The notes: a model not told the origin generated them from the sequence alone. Positions 20,775 to 31,397 are shown, counted from the stretch's first letter. The stretch is DNA of 64,000 bases from an uncultured Clostridia bacterium (GCA_947624655.1 CANQLH010000002.1:4321-68320); one strand, 5' to 3'. Numbers and translations: made by a program.

Positions 20775-21467
20775 TTAGCCGTCAAATATTTCGTCCGCAA
20801 GAGCCGACATATCAAAATGCTTCTGAGAAATGTCAGTGCTTTCGGGAGAGAGACTTTCCATAAATTTATAAATTTCTGTATTTTGCTTTTGGGGATTATT
20901 TTTCATTTCGGCAGATATTTTCTTTTGCTTTTCACGCCATTTAAGATAGCTGTCATAGCTGTTTGCAAGAACGCCCAAATCGTAAAGTATTCTTTCATAA
21001 ACGTCCATACATTTACCCTTTGAAATATTATTTTCATAAACTCTGTTTAAAAAATCTCTTTTTCTTTCCCACATATCAAGAATATGCGAAGGAGGAATAC
21101 CCCTTGGCAGCCTTATATAAGAGCCGTTGTAAATATCTCCAAGCCTAATATGTATACTTCTCGGAATAACTTTTATATAATAGTTGTCCTCTATAAACTG
21201 ACATACAGCCGCCTTATAAAGTCGATTTTTGAAATATATATAGGATTCTTTTCTGACCTTCCCAATATCAGCAAGAATAAACTTCCACTTATCGGATATT
21301 TTTTTATTTTTTGATTTTGCTCTTTTTTCTGCCATTTCGGCAAAGCAGTCACTATGATATATCTTTTTATCACAGTAAACCGCTTCACCTATGGTTTCAA
21401 GATTTACGGAAATATCCTCACCGCACACACAACATTTGTAAGTAATTTCAATTTCTCTTATATTCAT
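20775..21467 (-). CDS. Zn-finger replication accessory protein
   Basis: CCVC..YHSDC; position just upstream of helicase as in SPbeta-like phages. Confidence 0.55.
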   Translation of the reverse strand: MNIREIEITYKCCVCGEDISVNLETIGEAVYCDKKIYHSDCFAEMAEKRAKSKNKKISDKWKFILADIGKVRKESYIYFKNRLYKAAVCQFIEDNYYIKVIPRSIHIRLGDIYNGSYIRLPRGIPPSHILDMWERKRDFLNRVYENNISKGKCMDVYERILYDLGVLANSYDSYLKWREKQKKISAEMKNNPQKQNTEIYKFMESLSPESTDISQKHFDMSALADEIFDG

Positions 21468-22672
21468 ACCTTATTTACAAACTGCTTTGCCGCTTCAAGA
21501 ACTTTATTAAGTATTTCCATATCAGTCACCTTACTGAATGTATCAGGCAAACCTTTACTTATAAAATCCTTTTTAAGCTCCTGCTTATCAACAGGGGATA
21601 AGGATTTTATAATTGAAATAATTTCTTTTCTTACTGAGTCAGCGTTGTTTTTGGGAGCTGGGCTTTTTGTATTCGACTTAGCAGTTTTTTCAGGCTCATT
21701 TTCCGGTGTGTTCAGCAAAGAACTTTTTGCGATTTCTTTTTCATAAATATCGCTTTCCTTATTCACGGCATTCTGAAGATTGTTGCTTACAACAAAGCTT
21801 TTTCTTTTTGATGTTCTGTCAATTACGGACTGCCAGTCCAAAATAGTCGGGTCTTCCACAATTTCCTGCATTTTATGTACGCCTGTTCTGTCCTTTTTTA
21901 TTTCGGCACAAATCTGTCCGTCTTCATCTGTATACGTCCATATAACAGTCTTGACATTATATTCCATTCCCTTAAACCCATCGGGAATTTTTCTCCCTGT
22001 GGGAACGGAAGTAACTTTCTTCTTCCCATTTTCCTCAACAGTAACCTGCTGCTTTTCATCAGCTTCTCTTGCTGTAATTGCAAAATGTATTCCCAAGGCC
22101 TGTAAGGCAAGTACCAAGTCCTGACCCTTAAAATTTATTGTCTGATAATCTTTGAGTTCAAGACCTGCCCCCTCTACCATTACAATCCTTGCATCTCCGA
22201 CAATTTCGTTTCTTGCCGCTTTCACACTGTTTCTCTTTCTTGAAAATTCAACAAGTCCCTGTTTTACCGTAAGATTAAGAACAGTTGCGCCGTCCACTAC
22301 CACTGCGTCCGCTCTGAAGGGCTTGCCTTCACTGTCAAGAACAATCTCGTCTGTTTCTTCTCCGTACTCATCATAGGTATGGAAATCTTCGTTATTTTTA
22401 ATTTTATCAAGGAGCTCTCTTACTTCGCCCAAAGACTGGGTATACACGATATAGAGATTATCGGGATTTATACCGTTCTTTTCAAAATCTTCTATGTAAT
22501 CATCAATTGAACCGGACTCTGCATCTATATAAAGCACCCTGAAAGGCTTGCCGTCAGGTCTTTTAAAATACACAAACTGACTTGCAAGGGTTGATTTTCC
22601 TGTAAACTGTTCACCGTAAATCAAAAATCCGAGCTTACTCTGTGTAACAGACGCTTTTCTTCCTACTGCCAT
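21464..22672 (-). CDS. AAA/RecA-like ATPase (Sak4-like)
   Basis: YGEQFTGKS, IDAESG, VVVDG, KKDRT. Confidence 0.8.
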   Translation of the reverse strand: MAVGRKASVTQSKLGFLIYGEQFTGKSTLASQFVYFKRPDGKPFRVLYIDAESGSIDDYIEDFEKNGINPDNLYIVYTQSLGEVRELLDKIKNNEDFHTYDEYGEETDEIVLDSEGKPFRADAVVVDGATVLNLTVKQGLVEFSRKRNSVKAARNEIVGDARIVMVEGAGLELKDYQTINFKGQDLVLALQALGIHFAITAREADEKQQVTVEENGKKKVTSVPTGRKIPDGFKGMEYNVKTVIWTYTDEDGQICAEIKKDRTGVHKMQEIVEDPTILDWQSVIDRTSKRKSFVVSNNLQNAVNKESDIYEKEIAKSSLLNTPENEPEKTAKSNTKSPAPKNNADSVRKEIISIIKSLSPVDKQELKKDFISKGLPDTFSKVTDMEILNKVLEAAKQFVNKV

Positions 22673-22692
22673 AAAATATCACTCCTTTTTAA

Positions 22693-23742
22693 TTAATCCC
22701 ACGGCGACTCGTCATCATCGTCTAAATCCGAAATTTCGCCCCAATCATCATAGCCGCCAAAGTCAGCCTTTGCCTTATTTTCCTTTGCAAGACGGCTTTC
22801 GGCTTCTTCCATTTTATCTCTTGAATGGCTTTCCCTGTCTATAGTAGAGGGAGTTACGCCCGTAATTATAAATTCTCTCCTGCTTGGGGCTATTACTCTC
22901 ATCATAGCATCACTTTCTCCCCAACAATCTTCAATATCAACAGGTTCAGCCTGAATTACAGTCTCAATATGTCCGTGTACCTTTACGTGAGTATAAGGGT
23001 GAATATGAGATTTAATTTTTTTGGCAAGTCCTGAATTGCTTAAAATAAACTCGGCATTTTCAATAGAATTGTAATTTACCACCTTTGCCGTAACCAGATA
23101 ACGCCCTGTATCTGTGCCTTTTTCGGACTTCTCTTTGTCAATCCCCATAAAAACAATATGCTGACCAAAATCATTCTGAATTGTATAATTTTCATCTGCA
23201 AAGTCAACTGTTCCGCATAAGGAAATCTGATTTGGAACAAGACGTATATAGGTTCTTTTATCTCCCTCATTATCTGTAAAGCTGCTGTATTCAATGTTCC
23301 CCTTTACAAACACGCTGATACCGTCTTTGAGATTGTCGGCACATTCCTTACAGGCATCAAAATCCGTAAGATACTTCTTGTCATTTACTGTTCTTCCGTT
23401 TTCGTCAATTTTCTTTCTAAGCCCCACATTACAGCCTATAATGCGGTAGCCTTCACGTCTGAATGAAAATCTGTCAGCCCAATCTACCCTTTGAGTTACG
23501 CTCTTATTTGCTTTGGGGTCAAAAGCAGAAAAGTATACATTGTCAAGCTCCATTCCCTGAAGCCTTACATAAATAACCTTGCCTTCCTGATATTCTACGC
23601 CAAAGCTTAATGTTCTCATAGCTCTGTTGGTTTTTGTTTTGCTTTCTTTGTAAAAACTGTCGCTTTCACAGCCTGTCACTATTCCTTTGACCTGAAATAC
23701 TCCTTTTGTTTCGCTCAGACTTATAGGTCTTTCCTTTGCCAT
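22693..23742 (-). CDS. Putative ssDNA-binding protein
   Basis: Beta-rich OB-like segments, acidic-aromatic tail DDDDESPWD, next to Sak4-like ATPase. Confidence 0.6.
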   Translation of the reverse strand: MAKERPISLSETKGVFQVKGIVTGCESDSFYKESKTKTNRAMRTLSFGVEYQEGKVIYVRLQGMELDNVYFSAFDPKANKSVTQRVDWADRFSFRREGYRIIGCNVGLRKKIDENGRTVNDKKYLTDFDACKECADNLKDGISVFVKGNIEYSSFTDNEGDKRTYIRLVPNQISLCGTVDFADENYTIQNDFGQHIVFMGIDKEKSEKGTDTGRYLVTAKVVNYNSIENAEFILSNSGLAKKIKSHIHPYTHVKVHGHIETVIQAEPVDIEDCWGESDAMMRVIAPSRREFIITGVTPSTIDRESHSRDKMEEAESRLAKENKAKADFGGYDDWGEISDLDDDDESPWD

Positions 23743-23761
23743 AAAAAATCTCCTTTCTCAG

Positions 23762-24223
23762 TCAGATAGATATAATTTTTTTATCACTTATAGCCGTTGC
23801 TCTCTTTGCCGCAAGCCTTGCCGCTCTTTTGGCTTTTTTCTTTTCAGCCTTGGCTTTTCTTGCTTCAATAAGAGATTTTTCCTTTTCCTTATTTTTCAAG
23901 TCATTATAATATGCCTTGACTGCATTTTTTGATAAATTGTCCAGCTTATTTCTGACTGTATTTCCCAGAAAATATTTTTCAAGACATATTCTTATGCCTG
24001 TATACAGGTCAAAAACATCAGGCTCTTTAAGAGTGGCCACTGTTGAAACATCATCTGCAAAAGTAACCTTTACCGTTTTATCTTTCCCATTCTTGTCTTT
24101 ATATACATTTACTTCTTTTATTTTCATATTCTGTAATTCCTTTACTAAAACCTCCGGCTCAGACAAAGAAATTGCGGTATTTTTCTTTAAAACTTGTTCC
24201 GGCATACTTATTACAAATATCAT
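23762..24223 (-). CDS. Hypothetical phage protein
   Basis: TVKVTFADD..DVFDLYTGIRICL; basic tail; RBS. Confidence 0.7.
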   Translation of the reverse strand: MIFVISMPEQVLKKNTAISLSEPEVLVKELQNMKIKEVNVYKDKNGKDKTVKVTFADDVSTVATLKEPDVFDLYTGIRICLEKYFLGNTVRNKLDNLSKNAVKAYYNDLKNKEKEKSLIEARKAKAEKKKAKRAARLAAKRATAISDKKIISI

Positions 24224-24234
24224 AAAATCCCTCC

Positions 24235-24615
24235 TTAATTCTTCCCTATAGTTTTGCTTACAATATCCGTTTTATAGTTATAATGTCTGTTTAAAAGACT
24301 TCTTTCTGTTTTGCGGACTTCTCCCAAAAGCTGATTGAGGCTTTTCAGACAATTGGAATTTTTCTCAGCCCAATCTGTTATAGGCTTTGTTATAATCATT
24401 TTATCCTTTGCTCTGCGTCTTTCACGCCTGACTTTTCTGTATGCTTTAGCAAGTTTAGCGGTGTCATTATAAATATCGTCATAAAGTTCAAACCTATGAG
24501 CCAAGTCCGCCAAAGCTTCTTCATTTTCCTTTACTAAGTCACAGGAAATTCTATGGTCCGTCTTGGCTGCGTTTATAAATTCCAAAAAATCCGATATATT
24601 TTCGCTTAAAAGCAT
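24235..24615 (-). CDS. Hypothetical coiled-coil protein
   Basis: AAGGAGG RBS; DLAHRFE..RRERRRAKD. Confidence 0.75.
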   Translation of the reverse strand: MLLSENISDFLEFINAAKTDHRISCDLVKENEEALADLAHRFELYDDIYNDTAKLAKAYRKVRRERRRAKDKMIITKPITDWAEKNSNCLKSLNQLLGEVRKTERSLLNRHYNYKTDIVSKTIGKN

Positions 24616-24640
24616 TTTTCTTTCCTCCTTTACTTACATC

Positions 24641-24973
24641 CTACCACCTAACGGGGCGAAGCTTGTCTTTCATATCTTCAAAAATACATTCTCTGCATAC
24701 CTTTTCATTTTCATATATGTAAAGCTGACATTCATCATCTTCGCACCAAGAGCAGCAGACTCCCTCTGTTTCTTCAAGACCGTCAATTATCGCATCAAGA
24801 ATTGAATTTACACAGCCTTCACACAATTCCTCCCCCTTGTATTCATACAGATTACTTTCTTCCTCCCCACATAAATCGCAGTATATATGCTCTGCATTTC
24901 TGTAGGGACAAAATCTTCCTAAACAATCAAGAGGAGGCGAACAGCCCACACAGTCATCCTCAATCCTTCTCAT
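24641..24973 (-). CDS. Cys-rich protein with tandem zinc ribbons
   Basis: Multiple CxxC pairs in two repeated units. Confidence 0.75.
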   Translation of the reverse strand: MRRIEDDCVGCSPPLDCLGRFCPYRNAEHIYCDLCGEEESNLYEYKGEELCEGCVNSILDAIIDGLEETEGVCCSWCEDDECQLYIYENEKVCRECIFEDMKDKLRPVRW

Positions 24974-24994
24974 ATCCTCTTTATCTCACCACCT

Positions 24995-27247
24995 TTATGA
25001 AAAAATATCCTCACCTGTATATTCCACAAATGAATTTTCATTTTTATCATTTTCAAGGGCGGCCCCGTCCTCATCTCTGTATGAGATAAATTTATTTATA
25101 TTTTCCTTGACATCTTCAAATACAATTTTCTCTCCCTTATAATTGTCTGCATAAACTGAAAACCATTCCCTGATATCCTCATCATCTATATTTTCAAGAA
25201 CAAAGAAATGATTAACGATTTTTATAAGTGCAGGAATATTATCCCTTCTGAAAAGCTTAGAATTGACAGGAATACTCACTGTATAGTCCTGTAAGGAAGA
25301 AGCAAGAATACAAGCTCTTTCCGTAAGGTCTTGATACCTCTTTGAATAGGGGCTTAGACTGTCTGCATATTTCTGCAAATTGCTTTCCGTATTTTCTTCA
25401 TCTATAGCCATAAGAGATTTTACAGCCATAACATTTTTGTCATTTTCACTGTCTGCACAGCCATTTATTATATCCACGCAAAATTCATCTCTGAATCTTA
25501 TAAAATCATCATCAAGACTTACTCTTTCATCAGCGGTTTCTTCTTCTGAAACTCCAAAAAATTCATTCATAAGAGCAGTAATAATATTGAGCTTCATTGA
25601 AACAATACTCTTATCTTTACTGTTTTTGTCAAGTAAATCGTTATATGTAAAACCGTCAACCTCTTTATCTCCCAAATTATTATTCAAGGCTCTTAAAAAT
25701 TCAACAAACCTCTCATCGGGAAGCTCTAATTTTACAAATTTCTTAAAAGCAGCCAATATTATAAAAATGTCCTTATCAGCAAATAAAGTTTCGTCACTGT
25801 CTGTCACTTCGTCAAGTCTTTCCGCAAAGCTTTCTATCTCGTCAAAATGAGATATTTTAGCATTTCTTATAAGGAACTGACACATATCGTTATACTGCTT
25901 TTTCCAGTCATCGGGGAAATTACAGAGCATAACAGACTCAATAACACGCCTTTCGGCAGTACCGTTTCTGAATGTGGCCGCTGAAAGTCCGCATTTATCC
26001 TTGAAGAATGAATGTGCAGATAACTTTTTAGCGGCTTTTGCATAGTTGCTGCCAAGAAAGGTTATACCTCTCTGAGCTGCCGTCATAGCCTTCTGGTTGT
26101 TATATCTTCTTATATGAAAGTCCACTTCGTCTTTTGTGCAAGCAAGAAATTTGCATATAGACAAATCATAATTACGAAATCTTCTCTGCAATTCTTCCGG
26201 AAGCTGACTGAAATATTTGCCTCTTATATCAAACTCTACAGACTCTGTTATAACATCACCATTGTCATAATGTCTTGCAACCTGATATTTCACAATAGGA
26301 TTTTCTGTGTTTTTGCCGCACTTAAAACCATCATTCATATAATCTATAAGAGTTGTTGTCCTCTGTAAACCGTCCAAAAGCCACATAATATAAGTGCCGT
26401 CCGAAAAAACTTCTTCTGCTATAATAATGCTTGGAATAGGATAATTCTGCGCAACAGTAGAAATAAGGTCGTGCTTTAATTTATTATTCCAATTGCCTTG
26501 CGCTCTCTGCGTAGGGTGGTCGGTTCTTATTTCTCCCGCTTCTATTTCTTCTATATAGCCGCTTAAAGTACGTGGAATTACAGCATTTTTCTGATTTGTA
26601 GATGTAATATTTGATGAAATAATCATTTTATTTTCCTCCTTTTGTGATTTTACTGTTTTACTAATGTTTGTATATTTTTTATTTACAGAGTTAGCTTTAA
26701 TTCTTATATCCTTTATCTGATTTAAAGCATTTCTGTAATTTTTTTCATTTATTTTTAATTTCTGCATAATCTCATTGTCACTATAGCCTTGTGAATGTAG
26801 AATAATTATATTACGCTGCATTTTTGACAAGCCTTTAAGCAAGAGCCGGGTTTTGTCGTTAAGCTCCTTCTCCCAGAAATACACATCCTCCTTTCCCGAC
26901 TGAATAGTCTCCAACAAACTCATCTCTCCGTTTATTTCTTCGTCCAAAGATACTGTAATTCTGTTGCCTCCTCTTTTCTGCCTGTTCCTTCTGCCTAATT
27001 CAGAGCAGAATCTATTGTGCAGACAGGAAGAAAGATAGGTTTCAAAACTGCATTTTCTTCCGGCAGTATAAGAATTTACAATATTAGCAAAAACCTCATT
27101 TGCCACACTATAGAAATCATCACAATCGTCAGGAAGAAATCCTTTACAGCATTTTTTCAGAATTATGTCTGAAAGCTGTTTAAGCTTGACGGCGTTATCC
27201 TTATAATATTCATCTAAAACCGCTTCTTTGCTGAAATACTTGTCCAT
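24995..27247 (-). CDS. Sigma-70-family factor fused to DUF262 (ParB/Srx-like) domain
   Basis: N-half: FETYLSSCLHNRF, RNRQKR, VSLD, region-4 HTH; C-half: QR..W..LI..YPIPSII..LLDGLQRTTT, RYNNQKAMT. Confidence 0.8.
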   Translation of the reverse strand: MDKYFSKEAVLDEYYKDNAVKLKQLSDIILKKCCKGFLPDDCDDFYSVANEVFANIVNSYTAGRKCSFETYLSSCLHNRFCSELGRRNRQKRGGNRITVSLDEEINGEMSLLETIQSGKEDVYFWEKELNDKTRLLLKGLSKMQRNIIILHSQGYSDNEIMQKLKINEKNYRNALNQIKDIRIKANSVNKKYTNISKTVKSQKEENKMIISSNITSTNQKNAVIPRTLSGYIEEIEAGEIRTDHPTQRAQGNWNNKLKHDLISTVAQNYPIPSIIIAEEVFSDGTYIMWLLDGLQRTTTLIDYMNDGFKCGKNTENPIVKYQVARHYDNGDVITESVEFDIRGKYFSQLPEELQRRFRNYDLSICKFLACTKDEVDFHIRRYNNQKAMTAAQRGITFLGSNYAKAAKKLSAHSFFKDKCGLSAATFRNGTAERRVIESVMLCNFPDDWKKQYNDMCQFLIRNAKISHFDEIESFAERLDEVTDSDETLFADKDIFIILAAFKKFVKLELPDERFVEFLRALNNNLGDKEVDGFTYNDLLDKNSKDKSIVSMKLNIITALMNEFFGVSEEETADERVSLDDDFIRFRDEFCVDIINGCADSENDKNVMAVKSLMAIDEENTESNLQKYADSLSPYSKRYQDLTERACILASSLQDYTVSIPVNSKLFRRDNIPALIKIVNHFFVLENIDDEDIREWFSVYADNYKGEKIVFEDVKENINKFISYRDEDGAALENDKNENSFVEYTGEDIFS

Positions 27248-27298
27248 AAAACTACCTCCAATTTTGTGACATTGTATTATCTTTTACCCGCAAAAATA

Positions 27299-27724
27299 TT
27301 ACTTGTAAAAATAATCAGATTTCATAAGAGCCTTATATCTCTTTTTTCCCAATCTGTTTTTTACAAATTCATCAAAAATATATGTGCCGTTTTTTATATA
27401 AGTATTGCTATCATACTTGTACCATTTCTTTATAAGCTCGATTTCCTTATTTATAGGAATTTTTTGACATTTTCTTCCTGTGCGATTTAAAGCAATTTCT
27501 GTCTTTCCCTTATCAATGGCACGTATGAGCCTTACATAATCCTTTGCCGCTTGTACGACTATTGCAGCCGCCAAACCATAAAACCCCTGTTTATAAAGGA
27601 AATGTAATCCACATTCTTCTCTGCTCATCTTATCCTCCTTTTTTGCTATTTTACTTAACTGTGTATAATGATTTTTCAGCCTTATTATATTAAGGAGTAT
27701 ATTTATTCGTCTTAAATCAGTCAT
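27299..27724 (-). CDS. Hypothetical protein
   Basis: LAAAIVVQAAKDY motif common in Firmicute phage proteins; second RBS before MSREE. Confidence 0.65.
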   Translation of the reverse strand: MTDLRRINILLNIIRLKNHYTQLSKIAKKEDKMSREECGLHFLYKQGFYGLAAAIVVQAAKDYVRLIRAIDKGKTEIALNRTGRKCQKIPINKEIELIKKWYKYDSNTYIKNGTYIFDEFVKNRLGKKRYKALMKSDYFYK

Positions 27725-27782
27725 CTGCTTTTTCTCCTTTAACTAAATAAAAATAAAAGTTAAAATCACTTATCTTAACACG

Positions 27783-28082
27783 TCACGTTCTATTTCTTTT
27801 GGCTGCCAATCTTTCAGCTATCGCTTTTCTTTGTGACTCTGTAAATTGTTTAGGCTTACGGAAAGATATATATTTTTTGTCACTTATTATGTATGTCTTC
27901 CCCCACGTCTCACCCCTATTTGTCTCTTGTACTTTAAGACTGTACACTTCCGGACATTCCTCAACAAGCCTATCAAGCTTACGCATAACTGACTTATCCC
28001 TTGTGTAAAGCTCCGCTTGTCTTTGCTCAGCATTATAATTAATTATGGTTTCCATTTCATATTTTAATAAATTCACATTCAA
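27783..28082 (-). CDS. Hypothetical protein
   Basis: AGGAGG RBS; ETIINYN..ISFRKPKQFTESQR. Confidence 0.7.
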   Translation of the reverse strand: MNVNLLKYEMETIINYNAEQRQAELYTRDKSVMRKLDRLVEECPEVYSLKVQETNRGETWGKTYIISDKKYISFRKPKQFTESQRKAIAERLAAKRNRT

Positions 28083-28335
28083 ACCTCCTTTTTTAAGTTA
28101 TGTATATATTTCTATATTCCCATTTCTTTTAAAGGTAGTTATAAAAATATATCCATAAACCAATTAACTTGTTCTTTCTCTAAGTTTTTTAGAATTATTG
28201 TCTCATAAACTTAGACATTGTTGCTTTATATTCTCATTATATCAGACACCACGTAAAAATTCTTGCGTTATGAGACTGATATTCTATTGACTATAATAAA
28301 AAAATAGATTATAATAATGAAAAGGATGTGATTAT

Positions 28336-29064
28336 ATGGCTTTTAAAGACAGATTAAAACAAGCAAGAGAGCGTTCTGGACTTACACAAAACGAACTTGC
28401 CATTAAACTTGATATTGTTTCAAGTAAAACTGTTTCACACTATGAAAATGGAATTGTCTTTCCTAAAAAGGAAGCTCTTATAAGACTTTTCGCAGTTCTG
28501 AATGTAACGCCTAATTTTCTTTTTCAGGATTATATAAATAAATCAGTTGAAAAAAACAAAATTATATTAAGCTCTGAAGAAATTGAACTTGTAACCAAAT
28601 ACAGAAAGCTCAATGATTACGGCAAAAGAATAATAAAAACCATTTTGGACGTAAAGTCAGAGGATAATATGTATGATGATAAATTATATAAACCTGAAAT
28701 TCACAAAAAGTCAATTCCTCTTGCTGACTTTTCAATATCTGCCGGAACAGGGAATCCGTTTCCTGAAGATACTTATGAAATGATAGATATAGATGCCGAT
28801 AAATATCCCAAAGCTGACATCGCCTTTAAAGTAAAGGGAGACAGTATGGAGCCAAGATATCATAATGGCGATATAGTATTCGTACATAAGCAACCTATAG
28901 TGGAACCGGGCGAAATAGCAGCCTTCATATATGATGATAATCAATATATAAAAAAACTTGTCTACGAGGACGGAACGTATAAATTCCGCTCCCTAAACAG
29001 CAAATACGTCGATATTGAAATCAAAAATGACAGTCTCAGGATTTACGGCAAAGTTATAAATTAA
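28336..29064 (+). CDS. CI/LexA-like repressor (XRE HTH + S24 peptidase)
   Basis: RLKQARERSGLTQNELA; SAGTG cleavage site; VKGDSMEP; YIKKL. Confidence 0.93.
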   Translation: MAFKDRLKQARERSGLTQNELAIKLDIVSSKTVSHYENGIVFPKKEALIRLFAVLNVTPNFLFQDYINKSVEKNKIILSSEEIELVTKYRKLNDYGKRIIKTILDVKSEDNMYDDKLYKPEIHKKSIPLADFSISAGTGNPFPEDTYEMIDIDADKYPKADIAFKVKGDSMEPRYHNGDIVFVHKQPIVEPGEIAAFIYDDNQYIKKLVYEDGTYKFRSLNSKYVDIEIKNDSLRIYGKVIN

Positions 29065-29090
29065 TAGCCTTAATCACCCCCGAATACACT

Positions 29091-29196
29091 TATTGAGTAA
29101 GCTAATATATATTTTACTCATAACGGGTTTTATAGTTTGATTATAATTTTCATATCGAGAAATGTCTACACGATATTTTGGCAATATTACTCAATA
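29091..29196. promoter_or_regulatory. Repeated operator half-sites upstream of second XRE gene
   Basis: TATTGAGTAA (29091), TTACTCA (29114), TTACTCAATA (29187, exact reverse complement of the first). Confidence 0.55.
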
Positions 29197-29219
29197 CGAA
29201 AATAATAAGGAGATAAATT

Positions 29220-29666
29220 ATGCAGACAATATGTGAAAGATTAAAACTTTTACGTGAAGAAATCGGTCTTACAAAAAAAGATACTGCTAAAATATTCAAT
29301 TTACCATACACAACATACGTAAATTATGAATCCGGCACAAGAGAACCAAGCTTTACGTTTATGATTGAAGTTGCAAAGTTTTATAATGTGACAGTAGATT
29401 TTCTTATAGGCGCAAGCAATATAAGAAACCCTCTGTCTGAGTTATTGATTTCAGACAACATATCTTCTATAGGTGAAAACGGAATAAGAAAACATATATT
29501 TGAAAACAACAACGTTATAAATCAAAAGCAGCTTTTATCTGAATTAGGCATAACAGTCAAAAATACAAATTATATAATACACAATGACGGAACAAAAACA
29601 CCAATTTCAGACCAAGAATATGACTTCGTAATGGGCTGTCTTGACTTATTAAAAAAATGCAAATAA
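29220..29666 (+). CDS. XRE-family regulator (ImmR-like)
   Basis: RLKLLREE..YVNYESGTREP..VTVDFLIG. Confidence 0.9.
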   Translation: MQTICERLKLLREEIGLTKKDTAKIFNLPYTTYVNYESGTREPSFTFMIEVAKFYNVTVDFLIGASNIRNPLSELLISDNISSIGENGIRKHIFENNNVINQKQLLSELGITVKNTNYIIHNDGTKTPISDQEYDFVMGCLDLLKKCK

Positions 29667-29750
29667 CCCCTTTCCCTACAATTTCATATTGCTTAAAACA
29701 GAAAATTCCTTTATCTTGTATATATAATACATTATAAAGGAGTTTTTGTT

Positions 29751-30605
29751 ATGAACCGTATAATTAAAATTGCTGATGAATTTGCCAAAAAAGCTAATAT
29801 TGACTCTTTGCCGCTCAGTTATGAAAAACTGGAACAAATTGTAGCAGATGAAAACTGTAAAATAATCTATTATTCCAAAGCCTATAAATTTTTAAAAGCT
29901 ATGGGATTTGATGATTATTTAACAACAAGTAAAGGATTTACATATTTTTCCGATGATAATACAATTATATTTATAAAAGATGAACTTGAATATCTCGACA
30001 AAATAAATGTAATTTGCCACGAGCTTGGCCATGTAGTATTGAAGCATATTTATGTCGGCTCTAAGCAGAAATCCATTTCTGATATTTCCGATAATCCCCT
30101 ACAAAACAAAAACATACAGGAAACAGAAGCCGACGTTTTTGCCCTTGTTATACAGGCACCTACATATATGCTAAAAATTTTAGATATTTCAAGCAGCAGC
30201 GGACTTGTAGAACGTGGTATTTTCACAAAGGAAAATGCAAAACTGCGAATGAAATATTATAGAAAAGCAAAAAAATCATATAAGGCTTTTCTTTGGACTG
30301 TGCCAATATTCTTTGCAGTATTAACAATAATAATACTTTCAGGCAGTTATGCGGAAAGGGCAAATAATTCAAACCGTTTGGACGTACAGCCTTCAATGAA
30401 GTATTCTGAAACAACAACTGAAGTCGTTTCCGAATACGTACTGCAAAATGATTCGGGCACCGTATTTATCACCAAATCCGGCATAAAATATCATAAGTCA
30501 GACTGTTTCCATATAAAAAACAAAGATGTTATTGAAATATCAACCGAAAAGGCTGTTGAGCTTTCATACCAACCTTGCTCCGATTGTTTCGGTAAAGATA
30601 ATTAA
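29751..30605 (+). CDS. ImmA/IrrE metallopeptidase with TM helix and C-terminal Cys/His domain
   Basis: HELGH..ETEADVFA; hydrophobic FLWTVPIFFAVLTIIIL; VFITKSGIKYH..C..PCSDC. Confidence 0.85.
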   Translation: MNRIIKIADEFAKKANIDSLPLSYEKLEQIVADENCKIIYYSKAYKFLKAMGFDDYLTTSKGFTYFSDDNTIIFIKDELEYLDKINVICHELGHVVLKHIYVGSKQKSISDISDNPLQNKNIQETEADVFALVIQAPTYMLKILDISSSSGLVERGIFTKENAKLRMKYYRKAKKSYKAFLWTVPIFFAVLTIIILSGSYAERANNSNRLDVQPSMKYSETTTEVVSEYVLQNDSGTVFITKSGIKYHKSDCFHIKNKDVIEISTEKAVELSYQPCSDCFGKDN

Positions 30606-30612
30606 TCATTAC

Positions 30613-30644
30613 AAAGGAGCCGATTTTCACCGGCTCCTTTTTTT
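30613..30644. terminator. Bidirectional intrinsic terminator
   Basis: AAAGGAGCCG-loop-CGGCTCCTTTTTTT between convergent genes. Confidence 0.9.
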
Positions 30645-30647
30645 ACT

Positions 30648-31334
30648 TTAGAATTTTTGTGTTCCCTCATCTTTAGCCCATTTCGATATACAATCAAATG
30701 ATTTATCCTTAATAATTTCAATCATTATATTCAGCTTCTGTAAATGCCATATCTTTTGAGAAATTGTGTTCATCTGCTCTGCAATATTATCAGGCGAGTT
30801 GATTCTTGAGAGTGGAAATTCTGCCGCAAGCATACAGGGATAAAAACCATCCTTATTTGCTACTTCCCCGTACCTATTTCCTTTCTGCGCTTCACGCTGG
30901 AATCCCATCCAAAATTCCAACATTTCAGTATCGAGATTGATAATATAAGCGAATTCGCAAAATAAGGAGTCTCTTATAAAGTCCTGATTGTCCTCCATAA
31001 AGGCTTTCTTTTTGACGAGCGCACTCTTCTTTAGCTCATCCAAATCCCCTTGTAGCCCACGCAAGAGGCAATACCAATCCTCTTGCTTTTGGCTGCTGAC
31101 GGACTGATAGTAATATCCCGCTTCTATGCACCACTTTATCTGTTCTTTTGTAGGGGGCGTTTCCTCGTCTATCATTTCAATGTTGTTATAAATTTGACTC
31201 ATTTCCTCTATTGAGGTTGTGGAGCAAAATGTCGCAATTTTCCGTCCAAGCCAGTCGGGATAACTGTCTTGATGGTTGTATGTTGTCTTGTCCTGTCCAT
31301 TTTTTCTAAATCCATAAAGTCCTCTTGTACTCAT
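30648..31334 (-). CDS. Hypothetical phage protein
   Basis: MSTRG..YNHQDSYPDWLG..CEFAYIINLD; RBS. Confidence 0.8.
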   Translation of the reverse strand: MSTRGLYGFRKNGQDKTTYNHQDSYPDWLGRKIATFCSTTSIEEMSQIYNNIEMIDEETPPTKEQIKWCIEAGYYYQSVSSQKQEDWYCLLRGLQGDLDELKKSALVKKKAFMEDNQDFIRDSLFCEFAYIINLDTEMLEFWMGFQREAQKGNRYGEVANKDGFYPCMLAAEFPLSRINSPDNIAEQMNTISQKIWHLQKLNIMIEIIKDKSFDCISKWAKDEGTQKF

Positions 31335-31397
31335 ATATCCTCCTGTACTGCATTTTTATAGAAAATCTAAATTATAAATGATAAATCATCAATATTT

